A stretch of DNA of 64,000 nucleotides from Amoebophrya sp. A120 (lineage: Eukaryota; Protista; Dinoflagellata). Below the pieces are notes generated by a model, which searched no databases, was not told the origin of the DNA, and saw only the letters and a list, made by a program, of their open reading frames with translations. Below are positions 47,772 to 59,207 of this stretch, piece after piece (positions within the stretch are counted from its first letter, which is position 1; each line of letters opens with the position of its first letter). The translations under genes and the position numbers were made by a program. The stretch spans positions 7,632,771 to 7,696,770 of the forward strand of contig CAJINV010000004.1 of NCBI GenBank assembly GCA_905178155.1. Reading direction: 5' to 3'.

Positions 47772-50012
47772 TTAATCGAACAGGTCGAATTCCATCTCCT
47801 CTTCTTCCTCCTCCGGCTCCGCCGCCGCTGCCGCGGCAGCCGGGGCTCCGGCGCCGCCGGCCGCTCCGCCCGCGGAGCCACCGCCGGACGCGGCCGCGGC
47901 CTTCATCTTGGCCAGAGCCTCCGGGTCGGACAGAATGGCCTTGATCTCCTCAACCTCCTTAAAGTTGAAGTCAATGTCCGCGACGGTGGCGACAATGTTC
48001 TTGAACGCGTTGGTCATCATGTGCGGCAGGCCGGCCTCGGTGGGGATGCCGATCTCGCGGCCAAAGGCGGCCACGTGGCTGACACCCGTGAGAAACTTCT
48101 TCATCAGGACGTCATCGGTGATGTCCAAGACGGCCGCGTCGAACACGGAACCGTCCTGGTACACCTGGCGGACCTATCAAATGCAAAAGCGTCTGGGTCT
48201 GGAAGAATGCAAGATTTGTCATGCATATTGCTCATGTCCCATGATGCCGGTAATGCTTGAACTAGCATCGCAGATTTTTAGAGGGCTTCCTGATGCACCT
48301 TCCGCATGAGAAATGCCCTGTCTGTGTAGCAAAAGATGTGCCCATCTTGCTGGTCACGCAATACAAATTTTTTTAGAGTCCAAAAACAGCATGACAAGTT
48401 GCAATCTTCCAGACCCAGACATTTTTGCATTTCATAGGACCTTCATACCGTACTCGAACGGCTTGATGTTCAGCTTGGCAAGCAGCGCTTGCGCGGACAG
48501 GACGACCTGTTAGAAGGAGTGTTTGTTTAATCGATCGATTTCGATGTGGTTGATACTTCCGATTGTTCGAAAGCTTTTTGTTTCAACTGATTTTTCGAAA
48601 GTGGTTCGAAGAATCGTATTTGTTCTACAGTGAGAACGCTTTCTTACTTCTGCATGGTTGGGGTACTACGCTTTCTTACTTCTGCATGCTGCGCAACGCA
48701 ATCAGCAACGGAGTGCTGTGTGTCCTTTCTTTCAAACAGCCGCAAACTATTTACACCGAGTCCGTAGGCTCGTCGGATGAAAAGTAGAAAATCATACCGA
48801 ATAATAAAATCGATCAGAACCAAACCACTTTCGATATTGTACCACAACAAGACACTACGGGGATGATCAGTCGCTATTCTACAAACAGGACAGTGCTGTA
48901 CAGGTCTAAAGTGTAATATTTGGTCTCGGAGTATCACTATCAAATCACTCTTGGCATCATGTTCATGTTCTAGAAATGTACTACAAGTCGATTTACTGTG
49001 TGATAGCACAATTTCGGCAACACAAAGTATTTAGTACCTTCTCGCCGGTGGTACAGATCTTGAAGTCCGCGGTGATTTCGATGGAACCCTTGACAATCTT
49101 GGTCGGGATGTTCAGAGCCTGGAAAAAACTCGTCTGGGACGGCTCCAAGCCGGACGGACCCGCGGGGATGACGACGTCCTTCGGGGCGTTGGTTCCAGCC
49201 TTCGCGGCGGCCGGGACAATAAACCTGTTTATTTTTCGAGAAAACCCGAGTCTGACGAAATCAAATATATAAACCTCAGCGAATATAAAATTTTTCCCGT
49301 ACTATTAAAAATATTGTTGCACGACGCTCCAATCGAGTGCTTCTGCTTCTTCTTTAAATCTCGAATTACTGTTCGCATGAGTAGACGCCATGCTCTCAAT
49401 GGCACAATGGGTCAATGGAATCTATGGGTCTGTCACACTCAACACATCAACCTGATGGTCATCTTCCTCTTACAGAGTGACAGCCAAAATACAAGTCTCG
49501 TTCTTTCACGGGGCATGTAGTACAACATAGAAAATTGGCCTTCGGGGCAGAAGAAGTGCACAGAAATTTTATTTAATCATGATATTTCTATTATCGCTAG
49601 ACATAATTTTTAAAATAAGCTGCAACTAAAAATCGCCCCATCTTCTGTAAAAAAAAAATCAATACGTGTCCAAGGTCTTGCGGGCGTCCTCGAGGTTGCT
49701 GGCTTCGTGGCAGAAGATGAAGCCCATGTTTCCCTGGACGTTGTCGACCAACTCCTTCAAGGCAACCGCCGCGGGTGAGTTTTCGTCCTCCTCTTCTAAC
49801 GCAGCGATGCGCTGGCGCAAGGCCGTGCGGATCATGGTGTTCTTACCCATCAACAGCGTGCATTTTCCCCGCAAGTCCATACGGATGTTCTGCATCTGCT
49901 TGGAACCGACGTGGTCCACATCCACAATCAGGGCCAGGGGGGTGGATTCCACCAGGTTGACCAGCTTCGCCATGTAGGCGTTCTTACGGTCGAGTTTCGC
50001 ACCGGACGGCAT
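47772..50012 (-). CDS. RPLP0: 60S acidic ribosomal protein P0 (uL10), 4 exons
   Basis: Motifs DHVGSKQMQNIR..LRG, MGKNTMIR, GNMGFIF, PSQTSFFQALNIPTKIVKGSIEI, LNIKPFEYG and C-terminal EEEEEMEFDLFD. GT-AG introns 49225-49665 and 48507-49037, plus one introner. Confidence 0.97.
48175..48436. mobile_element. Introner, family A, in RPLP0
   Basis: TSD GGACC/GGACC; restores YGMKV-RQVYQDGSVF. Confidence 0.95.
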
Positions 50013-50696
50013 TTTTTTGAGTTGTTGTTGTGTAGAAGATCGGAGACTGAAACCTAAAAGGCTAACAATCCAACTTTAACCGATCTAGTGGCTAGTGGAT
50101 AGGAATAATCCTACTCAACGAGTGTCCCTGTGGTCGTGTGTGTTGGAGGAGGTGGTGTGGCAATGAAATTTGTGAGATGGGATAGAAAACTCCGAAATGA
50201 GATGTACTCTTGAGGAGGAGGAGAACCGTTATCTTGTGGTCAAGAGCAATAGACTTTGTGTGTGAATTGGTGGAGATCTAAAATTTTTCGATCCTCTTCT
50301 GGATTCAAATTTCCGTTGGAGCTTAAAATTTCACATGAATTTAGATCTATTTTCATCAGACCTGGAACAGCACAATTCTAATGATCACGATCAAGTCAGT
50401 GCAATTTGCGATCTCAAGCTAGCACCTGGGACGATCGTCTTACATCATTTCAGTTCTGCTTCTGCGAAATACAGCAATATCAAAAGCGTTAATATGTTGC
50501 CAACAGCGATCTGATGCTTTTGTTGCTCCTTCTGAAACAGAGATCCAGCTATTCCTTCAGCATAGTAACGCTCATCAGATCTGATCCCTTTCTGTTTCTA
50601 TACCGTGGACCGGAATCTCCTTTTAGATCTAAATTCATTTCAACCTCTGCTTGTTCGGAATAAGTAGCCACTAAGTACTTCCGTCAACAACTTTGA

Positions 50697-52181
50697 TATC
50701 AAATGCAAATGTGCCTAGGGGGTAGGGTAGGCCCAAAGCTTTTGGGTCGATAAAAATACAGCTTTTTTTGCATTTTTGGCAGACTTGCTTCAACAAAATT
50801 GCAGAGCTTTTGCCCCATTTGCACGGTCCATATGTATGCACTTATTGTGCCACGGCTTCGTCTGCGCTTTCTTTGTTTTGTGTGCGTGCTGTGTGGCTCT
50901 TCCATTTTGTGCTGCGCGTTGAAGATGCTGCGCCGCTAGTCATCTCGCCATGAAGAAGTCCACGGGGGGCCGTTGTCGGGGGCAGGCCGCCGCCTGCTGC
51001 TGCAGCGCTTTTCTCAGCGGCAACGGGCCAAAAAGTTCTGGGGCCCGTTGCTGCAAGTGGGATCTGGAGCAAATTTCTCGGCGTAGCCCGAAAGGCCCGC
51101 CCGAAACCCCAATCGCGATGATTTGTATGCTTCGATGCAACAACTTCAGGCCGGAAAAGGCCATAGCTTTAAACCTTTGCAGCCAGCATGCAGTAAATTG
51201 CTGCGTGTTGCCTGCAAAGGTTTACAGTTAGTTGCGAACAAATTCACAGTCGTGCCATGGCCTTTTGCGAGTACGCAGCAGCGTGCGCACTCGCTCCTCA
51301 CCCATGGCCTTGGGCCTTTTTCATCGCAGCGCGGCGCTTCCAAGCACCTTCATCGAAACAACGAAGGCGTTTGGAAGTGCCATGGTGTTCGCGCAAAAAA
51401 AATCATTTTTATCGCCAAAAAATGCTACTTTGCGTGGGGGCCCGACCACATTGAGGTCGGAGAAGCTGGTGGAGAAGCTGGTGGAGAAGCTGGTAGGGAA
51501 GCTGGTGGGGAAGCTAGTAGGAAAGCAGCACTCCTACCAGTTTCTTAGCCAGCTCTTCGCGTGGGCGACCGAGATAACTTGGGCGAGGAAAGATCTGCCG
51601 TGGGCGATAAAGGAAATGTCGAGCGTGCCGCTTTGGCAATTGCCCCAAATCCAAACCTCTGCAGCCCACACGCACTAACTTCGTGCGTGCTGCCTGCAAA
51701 GACTCCTGCCTGTGCGTCTTTGGCATCCGCTTCTCATTTGTGAAAGGGTGTTTTCCCTTGTCCGGTGCGTTCTCTTCCACTTAACTTTGGCCCAACCTCT
51801 GGCCGAGCCCCTGCCCGCCCAGCCTCGCTTCTGCCTACCCTATCGCACAACCTTCGCTCCACCTCCGGCGCCGCGCCAGGCGGAACCTCGGGCCCCGCGC
51901 CTGCCCCTGCCTCTGGCCGGCCAAGTCTATCTCTGACCGAGCCCCGCCTGGCCTAGCCGGCTCGGCCTATCTCGGGCCCGGCCTCTGGCCCAACTACGAG
52001 GAACCGTCGCCCCGGGGGTTCGGGCTTCTGAGCCGCGGCACCTTCGGCACCAGCTTCGGCACCAGCTTCGGCACCAACTTCGGCACCAGCTTCGGCACCA
52101 ACCTCAACGCCGGCTTTTTTCCACCTTCTCGCTAATTTTTTTTGTGTTTATCCTACCCCCTAGGCACATTTGCACAGGATA
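50697..52181. mobile_element. 1,485-bp TIR element with introner-type ends, intergenic, no recognisable transposase
   Basis: TIR TATCAAA/TATCCTG + TGCAAATGTGCCTAGGGGGTAGG; TSD TTTGA/TTTGA. Confidence 0.9.
51459..51526. repeat. 12-bp tandem repeat (GGAGAAGCTGGT)
   Basis: About 5.5 units; an inverted related array (CTTCGGCACCAG) lies at ~52034-52100. Confidence 0.85.
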
Positions 52182-52926
52182 TTTGACAGAGCACAACGAT
52201 CTTTTGTTCCAGAGAGTTTCATCTAGATCTGCGCCGATATTAAAACGTTCTCACCAGATCCGAGCTGCGAGTGCCTACATTGCGGGCTAATTTTCAAATC
52301 ACGAGATAGAATCTTTTCCTGCCTGCGGTTGGGCGCGAAGATGAAGCGCCCCGATTCCGCAGTGTAGTGCCGCAGCCGCTTGAACGACCGTTATCATTGC
52401 CAGAACGCTTGTGTGGATCGAAAGAACCGCTGGAACTGCTTTGTGGAGGTAGAGTTGTGCGCGATGTAAGTACTTCCGGACGGGCAGCCTGCAGCCACCT
52501 ATAGATGTGAAAGAACACGGGAAGCCACGACCTCCGGTTGGCGCGGCCTCATTGAGGCCCAGAACAAGCTGTGTCGTCCTAGCTACATAAAATCAAAAAA
52601 AGGCTAAAGCCGTTGTTATCTCGTCAGAGTGTCCGCCTCACGCCGGGTGATGAAATTGCAAGTTTTAGTACTGACCGCGCAAGCACGACCATGTTGATTC
52701 AAAGCGGTATTATTCTGTACCGTTCCGATGAAACTAGATCGCGCTTCTTACTGCTCGCGCCTGCTGCTAGTGGTCACTACTTGTCATTAAGAGTGTACTG
52801 TCTACTACTTCTACTGCCATTATACCTAGTTAGTAGAACAGACTGCAGATCATTCTCCCGGGGCTCTCGAAGTGCGCTGCGCGGCACGACGTCCGTTGCA
52901 GGATTCGTGGCCTTGATCCGACGTGT

Positions 52927-54029
52927 TATGCATCACAAATGTGTCTGGGTGGATGTCTCTGCTGGAGGTGTGCAGCTTGCAATGCTGCTTTTTGGTACTT
53001 AATTTCATTGCCTCCTGCGCACAAAGAGTAGTCGTAGTCCAGTCTTTACTGCGCGAAGAGAGCATTTCTCATGCGGGAGAGTCATCAAGAAGAACTGTGA
53101 GAATAGCCCGCGATCATGCATGACGTGGCCTAGGTACGCACATACGACTCGGCACGCCAAATCGTATGTGGGGCGTTACAATTTGCGCGCTTTTGTCATC
53201 GGGAAAACCCGCCAAAAAGCAGCACCGAGCCTGGTGCGGTTTGTAACGTATGGCAGCACCGAGCCCGCCAAAGTATGTCTTTTTGCCCACCTACAAAATT
53301 CGTATGGTAGCGGCGCGCCTTCACAATACATTTTGGCGCACCGAGGCGGCGCGCAAAAACTTCGCTGGGAAGCGCCCGCCTTTGAGACATTATGCGCCTT
53401 CGCTGTGTACTTGCTTCTGTCATTCCTCGCGCCCGCATGATGTACGCCCGCGCGCGCCTTTGCCCATCGCATGCGCGACGCGCCGCGCAAGTCGGTGGCC
53501 CCAGACTAGTTTCGCACGCCTGTCCCTGGTGACGCGGGCGCCTTCGCCTGCTGCGTTTTTTACTTTGCCCTCGAACGCGGGCCAAGGTCCGGGCTTTGTT
53601 TTTCTACCCGCCAACAAGGCACGCGCGCGTGGTCTCGCGACTTAGCCGACGCCCCCCCCCCTGTGTTCCGCCCGTCTGCTGCTTCGTTCGTGACTACAAG
53701 TTGGCGCACCGAGGCCGTCAGCCTCGGTGAGCCTCGGCGCACCGAGGCGGCAATTCCGAAAAACTTGCATTTTTGGCCTCGGTGCGCCATTTCGTATGTG
53801 CGCCCTGAAGAAACTTCTTCTAGCCTCGGTGCGCCAACTTGTAGTGGCGTACCGAGGCCACGACACTACCCAAGAGAGTCATCAAGAAGAACTGTGAGAA
53901 TAACCCGTGATCATGCATGCTAGGACACACAACATCACAGACACCAACACCATGCGTCATGCATCAAAATGTGCATGACAAACATCTGCACTCTTCCCGA
54001 GGACCATCCAGACACGTTTGCAATGGATA
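52927..54029. mobile_element. Diverged family-A element carrying a nested insertion
   Basis: Ends TATGCATCACAAATGTGTCTGG / CCAGACACGTTTGCAATGGATA; TSD decayed. Confidence 0.65.
53124..53862. mobile_element. GC-rich nested element with 16-bp TIR, flanked by a 46-bp direct repeat
   Basis: TIR CGTGGCCT(A/C)GGTACGC (15/16); direct repeats 53077-53122 and 53874-53919 (44/46). Confidence 0.7.
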
Positions 54030-54836
54030 CACCTCCAGGGCATCATGATCACAAATTGTAAGTACTAGCAGCAGTGAGACATTGACATCTTAGCTGCAGC
54101 AGTGGCTGTGAAGCATAATTTTTACCTACTTGTTTTCCCATCAACATTTCTTCGCCATCTTGTCAAAAAGAACTCGCCCACCCTCGTGAGTACGGCTGCT
54201 GACGTGTTGTCTTCGTCGCCTTTCTTGAAATATAAAGCGCTATGACATACAGCGAAGCTGCCAGAGCTCGAAGTGCTACGAGTCGTGCAGCCTCAACACA
54301 TAACACCGCGGCGCGGTCGCAATCATCGGTCTAGCGGCGAAGAAAGCACAGCTCTCCTATGTTAGGCCTGGTCCAGTAGTCGAGCGGGCGCAGTGTAAGT
54401 CTGTCAAAACTCATGTCCAGCAGCATATCACTATATTTTCAATGGCCGAAACGTTTTTCATGGTTTATCTATTGTTCGGGCATTTTGTTATTGATGCACT
54501 ATAAAAAATTGTTAAGGCTTGCGTCGCAGCAAAGGAGTTTTACCCGATAAGTAGATGATGGAAGTAAAGTAATTTAATGGGTCATCATAGTCGAAAGAGG
54601 AAGAGCTGGCTCATCATTTTTGCACCACATAAACCCGCGGCTGGCTCATCTCACGCCGTCGTACACTGTAGTACGACAGACGCGGAAACAAAAAAGGGGT
54701 CGACAGACATCATGAGCCCGACAGACGCGGAAACACTGTAGTACGACAGACATCATGAGCCCGCCGCGGGGCGGGGGTCCAGGTCTACCACCTCGCTGTG
54801 CACACAATAAGTATCTGACGGGTCGCCTGTGTTCAA

Positions 54837-56788
54837 CTCACTCACTCACTCATTACGTGTTTATCCGGGTTTAAAATTTGTTTCTTTTCTTTCATCAAGT
54901 CTTCTTTTCTCGGATGTACACACAAGCGATTCTTTCCTCGAGACATCGACTGTCTCGCCTCAAGCGGCAGCCCACAACTCTCCCTCCTCTTTTGTGAATA
55001 GTAGGCCTGCTACCCACGCCTCTTCCTTGCCTGAGTTTTCGCAAAAGGCCTCCCATTGTATCTGGAACGCACCGGGTTCTCTTCTTCCGTTTCGTAGGTT
55101 CTTCCGTCTCCGTCGGGAACTCTTACCCAACGTCTTCCGCTGATTTGCGCACAGAATTGCGCGCGCTGCTGGTCTTGTTCCTCCGCTTGTTTCCGGATGT
55201 TTTCCCGCTGGCGCTGCGTCTTCTCTGCGCAGGCTTTTGTTTTTCCTCTCTTCGTTTCTTTCCTGCCTTCTTTCGCCAGCGGTTTTGTTGGCCGCTTCGC
55301 CAGTAGCTGGGCCTTTACTGTTTTCGCATCCGGCGGCGCTTTCATCGTCTCCTGCACGTCCATGCCTACCATCTCCATGTCTGCCGCGACCATCCTCCCC
55401 CACCTTGAGCCCGCCCGGATCTCCGCCTTCACCGAAAAGTGGCAGGCCTCCCCGGGGTTGCGGGCTGTGTGTGTTGCCCACACAATGCGCTTCTCTCGTA
55501 GCATCGTCTCTATAGGTGGGATCCCTGTGGTTCGACATAGTTCTTGCCTACTAGCGTACTCCCGCTCTTCCGTTTCTTCTTCCAAATCCATTTGCCATTC
55601 GCGTTTTTCCCCGGCGACGGTTCGCAGCGTCGTGTGCTGAAACCAGCGCAGCGTCTTCATGTCGCTCTCCTTCGGTGCCCAGAGCTCCGCATTATATAAG
55701 GCGACCGAATTCACCAGGGTCTGGTATAGCGTCGCCTTCAACCGCCGGGGAAGTTCGTTGTCTCGCCATATGTCCCGGAGGGACACTACTACCGTGCGCG
55801 CGATCCCGGTTCTCCGGTTGATTTCGGTGGACATGCTTGCGCTGCTGTCCACCTGCGACCCCAGATACTTAAAAACGCCCGACGTTTTGATGGGGCTACC
55901 GTCGAAAGTTTGCAACGTGGCTGGCACCACCCTTCTTGCCCTTTCGGCTTTCTGTTTTTCCTCCACTTGCCGCCCCACTCGCAGCGTCCTTCGTTCCTGT
56001 GTCGTCTTCTTCGGCCTGCAGAAGCCCGTGGCCTGGTGTGACACCAAGGCTCTTTGGTCTGGAAGATAGTCTCCACATCTGCTGCACTGAAATTTGTTCT
56101 TATCTTCCAAAACAAACTTCACATCGCCGAGCCGCACCAACCTGATGCTTTCCTGCTTCTTTCCTCTCTGCACCACCGCCCATCCACCATTGCCTTTGTA
56201 GTGGCATCGCGATGAGCTTCCGTCGTTCCACATCAGCAGGTGCGTCACTCGTAGTCCCCTGTCATCGAATTTCGTTGCTTTTCTTGCTGCTCTTCTCGTG
56301 TCTTCCCGTAGGTCCGCTCCGTCCCATTCTACCATCCAGCCTCCACGCTCTTGCCCTGTCTCGTCGCACCACAGGAATTCTTCTTCCCGTGCTTCCTCGT
56401 TGTCCCTCGTTTTTGGCTCGATGTTGAACGTCATGCACTCGGTCTTGTCGCTGTTGATGCGCAACCCGACAAACGCGCACGCCGCCGTTAATTGCAACAA
56501 CACCTCCCGGGCCTGTTCTTCGTTCCCTGCTTTTGTCGCGATGTCGTCCACATAGCCGATCCAGGTCAGGATCAACTTTTCGACCTCGTCCGCCCCTTCC
56601 TTCCAAACGCCCTGCTTCTCTAGAACCCGCGCCGTCATCTCCATCGCGAATCCTAGGCAGAGGATGAAGAGGAGGGGGCTTAGCGATGAGCCCTGCCGTA
56701 TCCCGCACTTCTGCGCGAATTTTTCGGTTAGCTTGCCGCTTCCTGTTTTTAGCCGGACGGCTGACCCAGCATATATCTTCTCGATGTA
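54837..56788 (-). mobile_element. 5'-truncated non-LTR retrotransposon (RTE-like)
   Basis: RT motifs, (TGAG)n 3' tail at ~54837-54852, candidate TSD CCTGTGTTCAA at 54826-54836 and 56871-56881. Confidence 0.85.
55010..56788 (-). CDS. Reverse transcriptase (C-terminal part), uninterrupted frame
   Basis: GIRQGSSLSPLLF, YVDD, GLRINSDKT, FKYLGS and EINRR...LKATLY...LYNAELW. Confidence 0.9.
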   Translation of the reverse strand, partial: YIEKIYAGSAVRLKTGSGKLTEKFAQKCGIRQGSSLSPLLFILCLGFAMEMTARVLEKQGVWKEGADEVEKLILTWIGYVDDIATKAGNEEQAREVLLQLTAACAFVGLRINSDKTECMTFNIEPKTRDNEEAREEEFLWCDETGQERGGWMVEWDGADLREDTRRAARKATKFDDRGLRVTHLLMWNDGSSSRCHYKGNGGWAVVQRGKKQESIRLVRLGDVKFVLEDKNKFQCSRCGDYLPDQRALVSHQATGFCRPKKTTQERRTLRVGRQVEEKQKAERARRVVPATLQTFDGSPIKTSGVFKYLGSQVDSSASMSTEINRRTGIARTVVVSLRDIWRDNELPRRLKATLYQTLVNSVALYNAELWAPKESDMKTLRWFQHTTLRTVAGEKREWQMDLEEETEEREYASRQELCRTTGIPPIETMLREKRIVWATHTARNPGEACHFSVKAEIRAGSRWGRMVAADMEMVGMDVQETMKAPPDAKTVKAQLLAKRPTKPLAKEGRKETKRGKTKACAEKTQRQRENIRKQAEEQDQQRAQFCAQISGRRWVRVPDGDGRTYETEEENPVRSRYNGRPFAKTQARKRRG

Positions 56789-57526
56789 AAAAAAAAAATG
56801 TAAATGTTAACTAAAAATGTAATCTTCCTGTGTTCAAAAATGTAAATGTTAACTATGTTAAATGTATCTTCCTGTGTTCAAAAAAATGTAAATGTTAACT
56901 AGCAAGTCGAAAAACCCCACGCCATGCAGCACACGACGTGGTTTTTTTCGATTGCATTTGCAGCTCCCAGGTTTCACATCTCACTTGAGAAAGAACTTGA
57001 GAGACTGACTAGCGAGTGTAGCTGAGTTCTTGAAAAATATGACAATTCGTGATCATTTTGGTCTTTGAGTATTAGTAAAAAAAAGTTCCCTTCTGTTGGG
57101 TCGTTTTATCGCCATTTGAAAAAACCCGAAGGCCACAGATATAGTTTTGAAATGAAATAAAGTAAGTAAAAAAATCGTAAAACGAAGTTTCGTTTGATGT
57201 GAGTATAGCACAAAAAGAGCTCTAGTAGCGATCATGAAACAGAAAAATTATCCTAAAAAGAAACGTCGAAAACCCGCTTGCTGTGAAAATAAACGTAATA
57301 GTACCTTGTATAAGTTCTGCGTTCGTCTCGCCGTGCAGTAGAAACTTGATAGGTATAAGAGCTAGTTTGCCTTGCGGTCAGAAATCTGAACCGTGACACG
57401 GCCGTCGAACTACATGTTGAAAATAGTAATCATTGTCCACCTTCTTCTTCTTCTACATCATCCGATACGATATCGTCGGAAGATGAGGTCCGAGTTCATC
57501 TTTGAAAAGAACCTAAACGCCCGCTT

Positions 57527-59207
57527 CTAGATGTCCGACTCTGAAATCTCGTAGCCATCGGAATCAAAGGGGTCGCAGAGCATGCCACTCAGGTCCGGCT
57601 CGTCGCTCGGAACCGGGGGTAGGAGCTGACACGGCGGTGGTGCCGTGTTGTGAGAACTCTGCGGTCCTCCACCCCGTCCTGCTGGCGGCCTGCTACTACT
57701 ACTTCCTGGCGCTGCTAGTAACTCCGGGGAAGATATACAGCTCCCGCCACTGCTCGTCCCGCACCGGGGCCCCATCATGGTCGGTCTGCCGCGACTAGCC
57801 TATCCATGAAAAAAAAATGCATTTTGAACAACTGGCGGCATTTTTACAAATTCGCTCCGCATGACAGAAAGCGCTTCGACCCGATGCAAATCTAGTTGGG
57901 AGAATTTTCATGGTCGTACCTCTGTAGTGCAAGGTTGTTTGCATTCCACCACGGCTGCCTGCACGACATCGAGGTAGTTGTCTGGCATCATCCCAAGCAC
58001 AAGTGTGCCTCTCAGGCATGGTCTGATCTGCCAGATCAGTTGTACTATCTTAAAACAGTAGTTTTTTTCTTGGATATTACCGGTGAACCGAGAAACAGCC
58101 TGCGCGGGCACTCTTCGATGTCATGGAGGCACTGGTCGGACTCGGGACTGGCAACTATCAAAATCCAAAGTGCCCCAACCACGGAAACAAAGTTGGAATC
58201 CTGAAGGGCATCTGTTGCATCTAACCTTGGCTGCACGTGAGATGATCTAACTGCTTTGCACATTGGAAGCAACAAATACGGGAAGTTTCGTTTGAGAACT
58301 CAAGCCAGTTTTGCAACTTCTGCGAAGAATCTGTATATTGAAAAGTAAAATCCCAAAGGGAAGTTTGAGTAAAGCACTGTAGCGAAGAATCTGTATAGGT
58401 AATTATCACGCAGCTGATGTATTAATTATACATATACACCACGATGCAGAAAATTATAAGTACAGTCTCCACGGCTGCACTTCCATGTTGGCATCACACA
58501 AATATTATTTCATCCACATTCATACGCCGCGGGGCACTTTTATAAATATATTCACTTGGATAGCACCGCAGTCGCCGCACTCTTCATTCCGTAACCGCTT
58601 CGTTTCGGGCTGGTCGCCTTCCGCGCCCATCGTGCTCCGGTGTGACAGTGGACAACTTCCCCTTGGAGCCCAACTGCTCACTTTTCATGCAAAGAACCTT
58701 GCGTGAAGCCACATTTATGCGAAACACCTTCAGGGTGAAGGAACACGACAACAATCCAACATCTGTGGCCCAACAATAAGTACAACTTCTTGTCATGCGA
58801 AAAATCTGCATAACCACATGATTCTGGGTCTTGCTTCTGTTGTAGTAAGTAGGTCCCATGTGGAAGTAGATCATCGAAAAACGGCGGGGGATTAAAGAGG
58901 AGCTGTGCATCGTTTGATACCCGACCCTCATCGTCCATGAGGCTGTCGCTTGCTGTGTCACACAGAAAAAAGCAGGCAGAGGTCATATTTGTAATGCAAA
59001 AATAATTTTCAAGTACCCAAAAAAAGGTGTATTGCGCAACATCCTAAACAGCACGCTGTGGGGCCGCCCATGGCAGATTTTTATTTTGATGTGTGTGTGT
59101 CTTTAATATTTTTGCATTACAACTATGCCCGGCCTGCTTTCTTCTCTGGGATATGCTGCATCGGCCTGCCTGCGGTCGGGCTGGAGCTCGAAGGGCGGAA
59201 TGTCCAT
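57527..59207 (-). CDS. Probable spliced hypothetical gene (structure only partly resolved)
   Basis: GC-rich exon-like blocks (MDIPPFELQPDRRQADA-ASDSLMDDEGR; Ser/Pro-rich last exon) separated by introner-like elements. Confidence 0.3.
57801..58076. mobile_element. Degenerate introner
   Basis: Ends TATCCATGAAAAAAA / TTTTTTTCTTGGATA; TSD TAGCC/TTACC. Confidence 0.6.
58956..59153. mobile_element. Introner, family E (left end TGT)
   Basis: TSD TGCTG/TGCTG. Confidence 0.88.

Noticed and set aside
50697-52181. Autonomous transposase gene in the large element
   Set aside because: Only short ORFs (up to 148 aa) with no DDE, HTH or recombinase motif recognisable by eye.
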